From Sphyrna mokarran (Eukaryota): a stretch of DNA of 64,000 nucleotides. Of the stretch, positions 12,346-25,362 are shown one piece after another; positions within the stretch are counted from its first letter, which is position 1, and the number at the start of each line of letters is the position of its first letter. The notes below the pieces were generated by a model. That model did not search any database. It worked only from the letters and a program-made list of their open reading frames with translations, and was not told the DNA's origin. Made by a program: the position numbers and the translations under genes. The stretch covers positions 55,676,001-55,740,000 of the forward strand of contig JAGIQG010000006.1 of assembly GCA_024679065.1 (NCBI GenBank), written 5' to 3'.

Positions 12346-14046
12346 CAACGGAGCTTGCATTCTTTGTATTAATAGAAACCGTATAGTTCTCTCATTGCAG
12401 GAAATAAAAGGCATTAGTTTTAATGCTAAGAATAATACACAAGCAGTAGTGGGTACAATCGCTTCCCTGCACTGCGCTGTTAGCATTATCAAAACTGTGC
12501 TGCCTTTTGAATGGCTCTGCCATTTTTGGTTTGAAAATCCTGCTGCAGTCCTGTTCAAAGCCACCCTCTGAAAATGAAGTTAACTTGTTATTGATGTGCA
12601 TACAGGACAAACTTAGGTTCATTATACAAAGCTCAAATATCTAAATTACTATCCGTGCACCACCACCAACCACCCCCTCTTCCCTCCAAGAATCAAACCA
12701 GATGAGCAGTTTTCCCCAGGTCAATGTCCAGGAAAAACCAGGAAACAGATTTATCTTTATAAAAGAGCAAACTAAATTGCAAACTCTTAAATAAACACAG
12801 CAATGTTTTCTTTTAATGGATGGAGATAGTTGATACTTAAAACCCACAGCAGGTGAGCATCACTCCCAATAGCTGGGACTTGGCAGGCTTGGTGCATAGC
12901 CCCAGCATTCACAGCTGATTTTTGCAGCACCATTTCAGGGCACTACCAAAGTACATCCGAGCTGTTCACACTTACAACTGCGCCAACTCTTTCAGAAATT
13001 TAACTGATGCCATTATTCAAGAATTGTTCTATGAATGAAGTGGAACTAAGACCTCTCTTATTGCTCTAGAATTCAGTTGGAAGTGCAGAAGTGTACAGAT
13101 GTTAAAGATTAGCAGGAGAATCTGAAAAAGATCTTTTGGCAGGAGCGTGGCTCACTTGCAAACCAGATTCTTCTTAGATGTTAACAGAGCGCCTAGTTGG
13201 CATCTTTTCAAATCAACTTAACTGCCACTTTTTTAAACAATGCTAAATTTCTAACAGCTTAAAGAGGAGCCAAGATGACCTTGCAGGTGAAGACGAAAAG
13301 GCAACATAACTCAAGAAATAAGAAATGCAGGTTTGGGCTTGTTAATTCCCAACATGCTTTACAATTATTATGGTTGGGTGACTCTAAGAATCCTACTGGG
13401 GTGGAGCTTGACATTGCTCAATAGTGTAAAAATGGACAATGCAACCAAAATTCTTTAAAAACAGGCCACTTCCAAACTGGACTACCAACTCACTATCACC
13501 TGTTTTCCACTAGTGCAGAAAGTCAAGATCGAACCCAGCAGCTTAATACTTTGGAAGAAGTATTAAGTGAAAACAGAGTACAGTGCTTTTCCTAAAGAGA
13601 AGTGAAAATCCCACGATGCTGTTGCCTCCCTGCTCACTTAACTGATGAATGATGGAAGGCCTGCAGAATAGGGAAGAAAACATCAAAATATTATTGAAAA
13701 GTTCATATTAGAAGTCAAAATCTCCTCCCTACCTCTTTGATAATGATAATGGCAACAGATGAAGATTTTTGATATTATATTTACAACTCATTTTCCTTGG
13801 CTGAATGACAACTGAGAGTTCAAAGATTCCGTTTTGAGAAAAACTAAAAGTAAGACACTTAATTATTTTTAAAGCACATTTTTGCACAAGATGCTATACT
13901 AACTGCAGTTATGGACCTGTGTGTTAAGAAATAGAACAAACCTTTCCCAACTTCGTCATTAATTATTGATATCAAGTATTAGCAACATGAGCCAGTTGAA
14001 GAATACAACCTCTGCCTATACTGACTGCGTCATTACCTCAATCCCA

Positions 14047-14296
14047 TTTTTTTTTGGATTTATTTTTATTCCAATTCAATCAAATCAAGTCCAATTCAGA
14101 GTCTCAACAAATTGAGACATTCCCAATCTAAGCTGACAAGATAGGGCCCTCACCTTGTCTTGGGCTTGATCTATATGATCTAAGCTGATTAGTGTCGACA
14201 TAGCTCCTCCTCCAAGACTTGATCTCATTTGCATCTTAGCGAAAAGACTGAGATGCCACTTTTAAAAATTGTTTCAAATGAAGCTAAAATGTAACC
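14047..14296 (-). mobile_element. poly(A)-tailed retroposon with a U2 snRNA-like segment
   Basis: Minus strand ends in AATAAA..AATAAA..A9. Bases 14256-14233 match U2 nt 4-27 at 20/24 and 14225-14217 match U2 nt 24-32. Internal hairpins are present. Confidence 0.65.
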
Positions 14297-14470
14297 TCAT
14301 GACTTCAACCAAGTACAGCATGTCAATACATGTTCTTTACCGTGTCCCAATCTATAATTGTTGGAATTTGTCCATTTCCCAAAGTATTTCTGAACAATAC
14401 TGCGCTTTGTGATGGGTTGGGCCTCACGAACCCAGACTTTCATTTCAAGTAAAACTGATACAACTATAAG

Positions 14471-14510
14471 AGGTGGTGGTGGTGGTGGTGGTTGGGGGGG
14501 GGGGGGGGGG
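14471..14510. repeat. (GGT)n plus poly(G) simple repeat
   Basis: Directly visible. Confidence 0.95.
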
Positions 14511-17500
14511 ACATTCAACCATCCATTTTGAACTGGAGTCCAGTCCATAGTCACAAGGACTGCGTGCTAGCTCACAGTGCCACCCAGCCACAACGGATAT
14601 GATCGCTCTGAAAGAAAGACAAAACCATTCATTCCATAACACAAAGATTTGTCTTGGTCATTTCTAGTCAAGTTTCAGATCATGTTATGGTCCTAACAAG
14701 ACTTCACAAATAAATATCGATGAACTTGGGAGTGTTTCCCATCCAGTCATGTTTGGCTGTAATGCAGTCCCAAGGAAATGGATCTTAATTAGATGAAAAC
14801 TTTGAAGATTAGACTTTAAGGTTAAATGTAGAGTCAGTTTAACTTTATGCCAAAATGCAACAAAGATATTGTTTTTGCCCATTTCATTCTCTTCTTATCC
14901 TTGTGCGGTGTTAATTCATGCTGGAGTACGGCACATTCAAATGACCTAGACTGTGGAACGTGGCTATTTTGCCATTTTTAAGTAATTAAAACTCTATTCC
15001 AACTACCCCTGTCTCACAATAACTGGGGCACACAGTCATATTCAAAGAGGCCTGACAGGAAGGGATGATAGATTAGGCTTCGCTCACATTGCAAATGCCA
15101 AGGTAGTTAAGGCAAAATTGTTTGAGGCCACCTGCTGGCTGGGAAATAAGTGAAAAGTAACACTTACTCATTTACAGGGATTCCTCCCTGTGTATTCAGA
15201 AAATAAACAACTTGCTGAGAGATAGATTGGCTTCTAGTCACTAGACTAACAGCAGCAGGATCTGTGGTGCCAAGGATCAGCAGGCAACCACCGAGGAGAA
15301 GAAAGGCAAATGAAAGCCAGACAACTGTTCTCGCCAGACAATACGTGTGTCAAGGAAAACAAAACACTTCATTCTTTCAATAGCTTGAGGAATAAGAAAG
15401 TCCAAAAATACTGGATTGAAAAATAACATTGGAACATGCACAAAGGTAAGTGGAGGATAAATTTTTAAGAAGATTTGAAGAGAACAAGGAGTATACATGC
15501 ACAGAGGGAGTCAGACTTTTAAACATGTTTAATGATGGTAAAGCAGCACCTCAAGTATCTATATCGAAGGCATTTTAAATCAATATATTACATAAGTATA
15601 CAATTCTACACCCACATATGTATATATCAGCCGGACACGTTAACGTTGCCACTGCTGGTTTATGTGTGCATGAAGTCCCAGACATGTCACAAAATTTCTT
15701 AATACTAATTTCACTTACTTCTTTGAAAGCATTGGAAGACTCTTTATTAAGGTTTCAAAGGATTTTCTTTATTGGCAAAGCATAGCTGAGGCTAAATCAC
15801 AAGTCCACTGACCACATCTCCTCTTCCCAACCCGCCTTCCTGTACCAACTCCCTGTTCGGTTTTGTATTTGGCAAAAAAAATTGACCCTATTCCTTACTT
15901 CAATTCTGAGTTTCTTTAGCTGAAATTGTATGATTGGAGTTATCTGTAGTCACTTTCATCCTATTAAATATTTCCAATCTGCTTTAAATCTTAACCCCAA
16001 GAGGAAGGATTACATCCTTTAGGTATATTGGCTGCTGTAACTAGGTGGGGTAAATAACGGATAAATCCCAGATGGACAGGGAAAAGCAGGAGAATCAAGA
16101 AGCCAGAAATACACATTAACAGGAAGAAACATTTCATGGTCAAAATTGAAGGCTGATCAAAGAAAGGGAATGTGTATGTTTAAGTTTCCTCTAACTTGAT
16201 CCCTAGTGAACTGCAACTGAAAAGTTCAAGGTAGGATTTTCTTTCCATTAAGGTGTTTCTATACTGGCTCTTTAGGATGCCCTTTGCTCTTTTATAATTT
16301 GTTACAGATTGTTGCTTGTTTTCATTTGAAAGGCTGGTCAGAACCTTCTTTTAGAGCCTTGTTTATTGTTTGCATTGGTAATAGCCATTAATGCTGGAAG
16401 CAAGTGAAAGGATTTTTGTCCTACATATTTCTATAGTCAGACATTTAGTACTTGTTTGATTTGGACATGCACAATTGTGTCATTTTAATGATGGGGTATC
16501 AAACAGGGCAGACAAGGTTGTTTAAAAACGCTTCTTTTTAAAATTCCAGAAATTTATACCAATTTAAAATGTTTTTCTCTTCTCACAGAACTCTCATACA
16601 GCAGCACATAGCAACTTAAAAGCATTGAAAAGTTGACACAATTAACGCCTTGTCAACCAATATGTTTATTGGGAGCAAACAGTGGGCTGGGAATCCAATG
16701 CTTTGTGCGGTGAGTGCAGGTGGTCATTTTAAACAGCTTCTTGTGAGAGAACCCATTGATCTACAGAAAGAAAATTTTAACTCAATTCAAATGAACTGCT
16801 GATCTGACAGCGCTTCCAATATTAAAACAGTCAGCCACATCTAGATGTAAATAAACCGCCTGCCCAGCAGAATCCAACATGGCACCAGACACAGGCCCAT
16901 GGTGATCTTTCTCTATGCGTTTGAAGAATTTAAATTAGGAATAGTCAATACGAAAGTCGTAACATTTAATCTCTTCAAAGAGAGCACTGGAATAATCATA
17001 GCAGACCCTGCTATCACCATGTTTGCCTTGCCCAGAACAATTGATTCCTGAATCCCACAATCTTAATGGGAAAGCCTGGTTTGGCAAGAGCATAGGTGGG
17101 GAAGTTAGCCTATAACAAGATGGCCTTGATTCTGTGATCCATGCTTCTGTTGAGTGGCAGCACTGGATCACTCTTGGAGGATCAGCGATTATTTTTCTTT
17201 TATCCTATCTTCATGCAAGTAAGCAGCATTGCACCAATGAAAACTGTTGCTTCTCACTTGATATTTTCTCATGCCAGTACTTCTGTTTAGCAATCATGCT
17301 GAACCTCCTTTTGTGCAGATCGAGATTCAGGGATTGTGGTTGGATAGCGGTCAATACCTTTGGTTAAACAGCATGCAAAGTAATTTCAAAGATGCTAAAG
17401 CAGTCATTATTAAATTCACACAATGCAATTTCAGTCCCCAGGCCTTAAACAATGCGAGTGTACACGCACTCATGCCACAGGTTTGAATAATTTGTTCTTT

Positions 17501-17721
17501 CACATACCTGATCAAGACGTTAACCAGCAGTGGCCATGTACTATAGGCTTCCTAACCATTGCTCATGTTCACGATTCTATGGGTCAGATTCTCTAACCTT
17601 GCCCACAGTTGGGATTGTTCGATTCAGCTGCGATAAATGGCATTTCAGTTGAGTGCCAAATACTCCATTCATGCTGTCAGTGGTTGTGGAGCACACCAGA
17701 TTGGAAAACTCAAGCTCATAT

Positions 17722-17968
17722 TCGGAGTTCAATTCCAGCTTTGGGTCACTGTCTGTGTGGAGGTTGCACATTCTCCCCATGTCTGCATGGGTTTCTTCCA
17801 ACATTCCAAATATATGCAGGGTAGGTTGCTTGGCCACACCAAATTGCCCCTTGGCATCAGGGGCACTGGCAGGTTGAATGTGTCAGTTTACAGGAAAAGG
17901 ATGGGATTATTGTTGGGCAGGCACGATGGGCCAAATGGCCTTCTTCTGCACTGCAGGGATTCAATGGA
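17722..17968 (+). mobile_element. 5'-truncated V-SINE with CR1-type tail
   Basis: gggtcactgtctgtgtggaggttgcacattctcccc...gatgggccaaatggccttcttctgcactgcagggattc. Confidence 0.85.
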
Positions 17969-18903
17969 AGCTGACAGTTTGCACCTGTGGTATATGGTCA
18001 TTGCTTGGTCAACATATTCTGGTATCCTATTTCCAACATTGTACGTAGAAAACAGCATACACTGAAACAGTCCTACACAGAGTGGAATAATCTTTAATTG
18101 TTGCCCAGATTTTTTTTTAAAAAAATAGGACTATAGAATGGCAAGGCTGCTTCTGGCATAAAGAAAAAACTGGAAAGACTTTCCATACAAGAACATCAGC
18201 TTCCACTGTTTGGAATCAACTTGTAAGCATTTAGCAATGGTGTAAATTGAGTCTCGACACCCCTAGGGTCCTTTCTTTAATCCTCTTTTAGTACTTTTTC
18301 TACAAAAGCACACAATCTCCTTCCACACAACAGCACTGAACTAATGGCTATAATCTGCAGAATCTGGTCAAGAGCTGAATTATAACACTTTGACATTGCT
18401 GCACTGAGGGTTCAAGAGAGCTTTGTGATGTCAGCTCCAAGTACTATTTTCCACACTTACATCTCACCAGCTGCATTCTAAATCAAATATCAGCCAGACC
18501 AGAAACCAGCAAATCCAGCAGCTTATTCAAAAAGTGGGTTCCTTTTGCCTCCTGAATAAGGTGAATTGCTATCTTTCATGTTTTCAAATGCAGCTAACAT
18601 TGAGAGAACATTGAGGGCATTATTCCCTGCATTATTACAACAGAGACACTGGGGCTACCGTTCCCAAATTTAATCAGAAAAATGTCCTTAATTTAAGTCA
18701 CAACAAGTACATTTTGAATTTATCGAGTCATTAACTCTAGGGCTCTCCATTTTTTTGCATGGAATCCAAATTGCTGCAACCCCCTTCAGAATAAAAGTTA
18801 TTGTATATTCCAACCTTTGCCGTCACCACCCTGTAAACAACTGACCAATAGCGAAAACATTGAATGGTTGTGACTATGTCCTAATATTAGTGTCCTAATA
18901 TTG

Positions 18904-19180
18904 TTATTTATTTATTAGTGTCACAAGTAGGTTTACATTAACAATGGAATGAAGTTGCTATGAAAATCCCTACATTCCAGCACCTGTTGGGATACACTGA
19001 GGGAGAATTTAGCATGGCCAACGCACATAACCAGCACATCTTTTGGACTGTAGGAGGAAATCCACACAGACACAGGGAACATGCAGACTCTGCACAGATA
19101 AGCACCCAAGCCAGGAATCGAACCTTGGTCCCTTGCGCTGTGAGCCAGCAATGCTAACCACTATGCCACCATGCTGCCCC
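18904..19180 (-). mobile_element. V-SINE with alternative non-CR1 tail
   Basis: Full head (gggcagcatggtggcatagtggttagc on the minus strand), core, and tail ...acctacttgtgacactaataaataaataa. Confidence 0.87.
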
Positions 19181-19444
19181 ACTTGTTTGATATTATGTTT
19201 ATTAGAATTTAAGATTATGAATTTATTTCTGCACGCTTTTGCAGAGCTTTTGGTGTCTGCAGCAGTCACTAGAATTTGAGTTTGTTAACTTTCATCTCTT
19301 TCCAATTGTGGATCCCATGTTAACTAGCACTATATGTGACTCCCTGTCTTCATGTATTCTAGGTAACTGTCTTCACCCAGCAAATCTCAAGGTTCTGCAG
19401 TTTCCTACCCAAGGTCTCTGTTCCTGTATGCATCTTACTTAAAA

Positions 19445-19975
19445 ATGTAAAAAATAGATGCAGGAGTAGGTCATTCGGCCCCTCAAGTCTGCATCACTAT
19501 TCAATGTGATCATGCACTTGGAGTATCCTACCCATTTTCTCTCCATATCCCTTGATCCCTTTAGTTATAAGGGTCACTTCCAACTCCTTTTTGAGCAATA
19601 TCTAACAAACTGGCCCCAAAGCTTTCTATAATAGAGAATTCCACATATTTACAACTCTGAGCAAAGAAATTCTTCCTCATCTCAGCCCTGAATAGCTTAT
19701 TCTTTAATCTTAGGCTGTAAGCCCTAGTCTGGATTTTCCCATCAGGAACATTCTTCCTGCAATGAGCTGTCCAGTCCCAGAGTTTTATATGTTTCTATGA
19801 GATCTTGTCTCACTTCTCTAAACTCTAGTGAGTACAACCCCAGTTGATCCAGTCTCTCTTCATGTGTCAGTCCTGCCATTCCAGGAATCAGTCTGGTGAA
19901 CCTTCCCTGGACAGCCTGAACAGCAAGAATGTCCTTCCTCAAACTAGAAGAACAAAACTGCACACAATGCCTCCT
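19445..19975 (-). mobile_element. CR1 LINE 3' fragment
   Basis: ORF 19742-19999 (HCVQFCS..LRKDILAVQAVQGRFTRLIPGMAGLTHEERLDQLGLYSLEFRE..DLIETYK) is the CR1 ORF2 C-terminus. Confidence 0.9.
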
Positions 19976-19992
19976 TAAGATCCCTGTAAAAT

Positions 19993-20120
19993 CAACCACT
20001 TTTGATGATGCTTCTTAAAACTTTCCTTTCTTGGCTCAGGGTCATTTTTTATTTACGTTTCCATGAAAGAAATTGGGGGATGTTGCTGCATTAAAAATGC
20101 TATATAAAAACAAGTTGCTT
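19993..20120 (+). mobile_element. L2 LINE 3' tail remnant
   Basis: ...gggatgttgctgcattaaaaatgctatataaaaacaagttg resembles an L2 terminus. Confidence 0.5.
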
Positions 20121-23100
20121 TCAAAACCAATGAAATGTCAATAACTCCATAGATGCCAGCAATCCCTCAGTGCTTCCTCTGTTTGGGAGCCTGTTTTGTA
20201 AACTGCAGCCATTCTGAATGCTGAGCAGATGCACTCAAGAAAACATTGGCGGTAGGTGGTCTAACTAGCAGTCCTTAAAGTGAACACTGAAGGCCACGAT
20301 GAGAAAGATGCATCTTTTTAAAATAAATAACAACTGAATACATAATTGGGAGATGCAACAGCGCATCTCCCTTGTCCAGTGCAAGGTTGCAGACTTCAAA
20401 TGCACCCATCTCCTCCAGAACATATCAAAGGATGTCTCAAAATTGAAATGTTCTTCCATCTGGAAGGGCCCAAAAGGTGTTCATTGCTCACCCAATCTCA
20501 CGTAAATAGTGCCCTTGGCCTAATATCAGAACAGCCTTGGGCAACAACTTTCCAGCTCAGGGTTCACTCCATGTCCAATTTTTAAGTCTTCATTTTATAC
20601 AAATGGACTGTCTGATGAAACAATTGTGTTGCTTAACTATCCAGGAAACATGAAGCCTTGAAGGAGATGTCATTAAACTGCAATATTTAAAACAGCCATT
20701 AACTGAGAGTTCTTACTACAAAAGAGTTAAGGACATAGTGTTATTTCAGTTTCTATCTCAACTAAATAAAGAAATCTAACAGAAAAATATGAGGCATGAA
20801 TAATGCAGGAACAGCATTTACCGCAATAGAGTTATGGTCTAGTCGTTGTAGGAATGTTTATCTATTGAATTTTAAAACAGGATACTGATGGATAATATGA
20901 CAAAGAACAAAATGTTTTCTAGCACTTAAACAGACCTAGAGAATAGTAAACACACTAAATAAGAAGGGACATTGATACAATTAACTCTTACAAAGGAACT
21001 GACTCAGCAGAAATGAGTGCTTCCCAGGAAGGTCTTAAAGTGACTGGGTCAATCGAATTTTTAATACTTTATTCTGAAAGTGGCACCATTTTAACAAGCG
21101 TCCTGGTGCAATAAATTTATTGAGCAGCTTGACTCATGTAACATGAAAAAAAATCTCCAAGTTACCGCAGAGCTGTTTACCCCATCCCACAAATCCCCAG
21201 CCCCCTACAGGAGAGGGTCACCGACACGATAGTTAAGAGTGATTTTGTTTTAGTGTGAAGGAAATTGGAAGTTTTAAGGAATAACTGCCCAATAGGGCAA
21301 AGGCTAATACTTAAAGGCTGCAAAGAACAACCAGGCAGCATGGACAGCACTGTAGAGTAACATGAAACTGCCTCATCCTTTGAATTCTCCACATGATGCT
21401 GAGCCTCCAGGAGGGCAAGTTTCTAGTCCCACAAAATAGCAGGTAGTTAATTCCAAAACTCGGTATATAAAAGAAACTGCAAAGCAAAAGACCACTCACC
21501 TCCAAACTGGCTACACTACTTCCATTGGGTGGTATCATCCCGTTCTGCTGCAGCAGGAGTCATGGCAGCTGGAGGCACCTAACTGGATGACAGTTAAAAA
21601 AATCTGTTTCTCGATTGAGGTAAGTTGTTTGAATTTTGTTCTCCTGACTCTTATGGCGGGTCAAAACCTCCCAAAGAACAAGGTCAGAAACACTATTTGC
21701 ATACTTCAGTATCTCACGCTTGCTTGTTAAAGGGACAACACGCCAGAATTAAGTTCACCCTCTAATTTAAGTTTTCCACCAGCAAGAATTTAGAATCTCT
21801 GCTTCCATCTCCGAATACAAGCGGTTCGAGACTGATGAACTTCAATTCTTCCACAACCTTTGAGGCTGGGCACAATAAGCAGACTAAGCAGGAAAGGTGG
21901 TGTGAAAGCGTGTCTTAAAGGGTGGGGTTAACTCAGGACATTGGTGGTAGGTCCAAGTAAGAGTTCTAGGTAATGAGTTGGAGTGGGGGGTTCAAGAGTG
22001 ACAGAAGGAAGAGGAAAATGATATTGGGTAGGTCTAAGGCGATGGCGGTAGGGGTGGACAGCAGTTGATGGGTGACAGGGAAGAGTAGAAGGTGATGGAC
22101 CCAGCCTAGAAGGTAACATGTATACCATTTTTGAAATCTGATCTTGATCATGCAGTTAGTCAGTGAAATCCCTTGAAGTAGAGTGAGAGCCTTTTTGGGT
22201 GGGAGGGAGTTCAGGACAGCACATATGACCAACTAAAGAGATACCCAAAAAATTGAGGCAACCGGATATCGACAATGCTCCGTTGTGTTTTCCTGTCGAC
22301 ATGAAACCCATATGGCAAGGGGTGGAATTCTCCTAATTTGAGGCTAGCTGCCATAGTAGGAATAGGAATGTGGAGTGTTTTGCATTGTGGTAGCCAGCAA
22401 GAAAACACAGCAAATCTTCCAACCCCAGCCTGATTAATTATGAACCCAGGTGTTTAAGCTACATTCAGTGGCAGGAAGCTCCGAATGGCATGTAGTCTGC
22501 GTAATGTCTGCGTACCATATTAAAAAGGTGCCCAACATCACTGACCCACACTATTGAAGATAGATGATGGATCAGCCGAAAGAGATGATAATCGTCAGGA
22601 ACAATCTGAGACCAGAAGATGGATCCAAAGATAGGTCTCCTAGAACATCTGGAAATGGAATGGCTTCCATTCCAAACTCTGGAGACAGATTGTTCAAATG
22701 AGTTAGATGGCCAGGGTTGGGGAGGGGGCCCTCAGGCTTTCATCTGCATACCATTAATATGACACAAATAAGGTTAAAGATGGCTTCTGGCAGGTTTTTT
22801 GATTTGACATGGTGTGTATCAACAGAAGATTCTGCTGCAAATTCACAGCAGCGACAAAGCGATTTCTGACCCTCCCGCCATATTCTCCCACTGTGCCCAC
22901 TATCGAAGGCTTGGGAGAAATCTGTTTTAAAAAAAAAAAATCAAAAACCCAATTTTGTGCCATTACCCATTGCTGCTGTCAAAGGCAAGGATGAATGGAG
23001 AAGGGAGGAAAATGTCTCCGTGGGGCACCAAGATGGTCAAGATGTTGGCAAATGGGGTTCAGTAAAATGTCAACCATTGACCCGAACCATTGATAAATAG

Positions 23101-24003
23101 CAGGCTCTTATCTAGAAAGAAGCAAAAGGAAATGGTGGAGGTGTCGTCATATAACTCAGGATGTGGTCACTGACACCTCCAGCTTCTCCATTACAAGCTT
23201 CAGTTGCAAGGACTCAGGAGGAATAACACGGAGTCTTGGGCTTGCATTGAATGAATGGCTGTCTGAGCTCCCTTTAAATATGGCACCATGACCTTCAACG
23301 CATAAGGTAAGGGCAGGATTTGCCGCTTCCTGTCTACCTCACCATGCTCCTTACATATGCATAATTGGTAAGCTGAACAGCAGAAGATCAAACATGTTCA
23401 GCCATCCTGCCAAGCAGCAGGAACCATGCCAACTTTTCTGCCCACCATCAGACAGATTCCAGAAAAGAAGATTTCGCTATTGTTTTTTCAAAGGCCATCA
23501 AGTATTTTAAGATTGCTCATAAACAAGGATTCCAGCTGAGTTCGGCAGAACTGCAGTCAATCTCATTACCATGCATTAGAGATCTGAAATTTTATGGCAG
23601 GATAACAAAAGATGAAAGGGCTCAATGAGTGGGTACATCCCCCACTTCCTCTGCCCTCACTGAATCAAGATTGTTTGACAAAGAGATGACAATGTTGTTC
23701 ATAGTTTGAATTTCTACAATTATTCATTCCAAATAAGATGCCCGCTGCCAGCTGCATTATTTTTTGTTCTGGAATAACTAATTTAGAGTTGATGGCTGGT
23801 CCTTGAAGTCAGAGCACAACAAGCCCAATGCTTAGCTGATTGGGAATTTGAGGTATAGCCAGGAATGGACAAGCATAGCCCCCCAACACACTTTCTCCAT
23901 TATACAGACACTTCTGGCTGATTTTTTTCAAACTGTGATCATTAAAAAAAAATGATGTTTTCCCATTAAATTTGAGCATCCATTGTAATTTTAAAATGTT
24001 ACT

Positions 24004-24285
24004 GGGGCAACACAGCAGTTAGCATTGCTCTCAGTGTCAGGGACCCTGTTTGGGTGACTCTGTGGAATTTGCACACTTTCCCTGTGTCTGCTCCGGTTTC
24101 CTCCCACAGTCTAAAAATGTGTTGCTTAGGTGGACTGGCCATGCTAAATTGCTCCTTAATTGTCAGGAGGACTAGCTAGGGTAAATACATGGGGTTACAG
24201 GAATGGTCTTGGGTGAGATTGTTGTCAATGCTGATTAGATGGGCTGAAAGGCCTCCTTCTGCTGTGCAGAGATGCTATGATTCTA
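24004..24285 (+). mobile_element. V-SINE (HE1-type) with CR1 tail
   Basis: tgtggaatttgcacact..ggtttcctcccacagtctaaaaatgtg..ggccatgctaaattg..gatgggctgaaaggcctccttctg. Confidence 0.85.
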
Positions 24286-25054
24286 ATGTGCACAATGCAC
24301 AACTTGATCAAGTGCAAACCTCTGGGCATAACTCGTCATTTCCAATACTATGACCACTTCAGTCTCAACATCATAAAAATTAATGGTTAAATATATCATT
24401 CAAAAAGTCTGAAATGCTAAAGCAGCAGTGTTACTGAACTTTAATCTTAGTGAGTTGGCTGTTCTCAGTCAGGGTGGTAGTATGGGTTCACAGATGAACC
24501 TCTCTGGCTGAGTTATGGAAAGGGAAATTATCCAACATTCCTGTATATTTGGATATCTAGCCAGATCAGGCAGTGGGTCATCTGAGATCCAACAGGCACA
24601 AATCAATTCATAAAACAATGACAATTTAATTGAAATGATAGAGACCAAATCATCAAAAATACGAGTTCAAAATTTGGATGCAGTGCATCCATTTGTTGGG
24701 CACTGGAGTAGTCAGAGGTCCACAGCTTGCTGTTGCCATAAATCATGCCAAACTACATATTAATGAGATATGTGGCACTGATTTGGCACCGATGCTGCCA
24801 CCTTAGAACTCAATGTTTCAACTGACAGCCTCTCTGAAGCCACATTTCCAAGCAGCAAGGACCATCTGGCTACTAAATGTTATCAACAACATACAAGTTA
24901 GTTGTTGATGAGTTTCTACTAATTGTTGCAACAACTCGACATGTGTTTGTGCACTCTTATGGATGCTAAAATCTAAGGGAGTGCTTCAGGCACTTGAAGG
25001 ATTTTTCACTGACTTCTAGGTTTCAGCACAAAACCAGTAAATGGGTGTACAAGA

Positions 25055-25240
25055 AGGTATCCCTTTGGAATACAGCACAATTGGAAGAATGAGCTGATGC
25101 GATTGGGAACTGGTCAAGCTGCTGGAAGAGGAAGGAAGCACTGGGGAAAATGTTCTCAGCAGAAGATTGTTTCAACCACGGGTGTTCAAGAAACAATTCC
25201 TACGTGAACTTCAGCAAGGAATAATGTGGGAGACATCTCC
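25055..25240 (+). mobile_element. PIF/Harbinger transposase N-terminal pseudogene fragment
   Basis: From 25161 it reads RRLFQPRVFKKQF/(frameshift)YVNFSKE*CGRHL, resembling the ..PRVFR..SYL.LSEEQC.RRL N-terminal segment of HARBI1-like transposases. Confidence 0.55.
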
Positions 25241-25241
25241 A

Positions 25242-25362
25242 CATGCTAAATTCTCCCTTAGTGTACCTGAATAGGTGCTGTTATGTGGCAACTAGGAGAT
25301 TTTCACAATAACTTCATTGCAGTGTAAATGCAAATTTATTTATGACTAATAACACAAACTTT
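25242..25362 (+). mobile_element. 3' fragment of the alternative-tail V-SINE
   Basis: catgctaaattctcccttagtgtacctgaataggtgctg...aacttcattgcagtgtaaatgcaa..tgactaataa, homologous to 1918-2035. Confidence 0.8.

Noticed and set aside
14217-14256. Functional U2 snRNA gene
   Set aside because: Only about 30 nt resemble U2; it is interrupted and lacks the branch-pairing region, Sm site and 3' stems.
17637-18065. 142-aa ORF and other ORFs with the SLSVWSLHVLPVSAWVSS motif
   Set aside because: These are translations of V-SINE copies.
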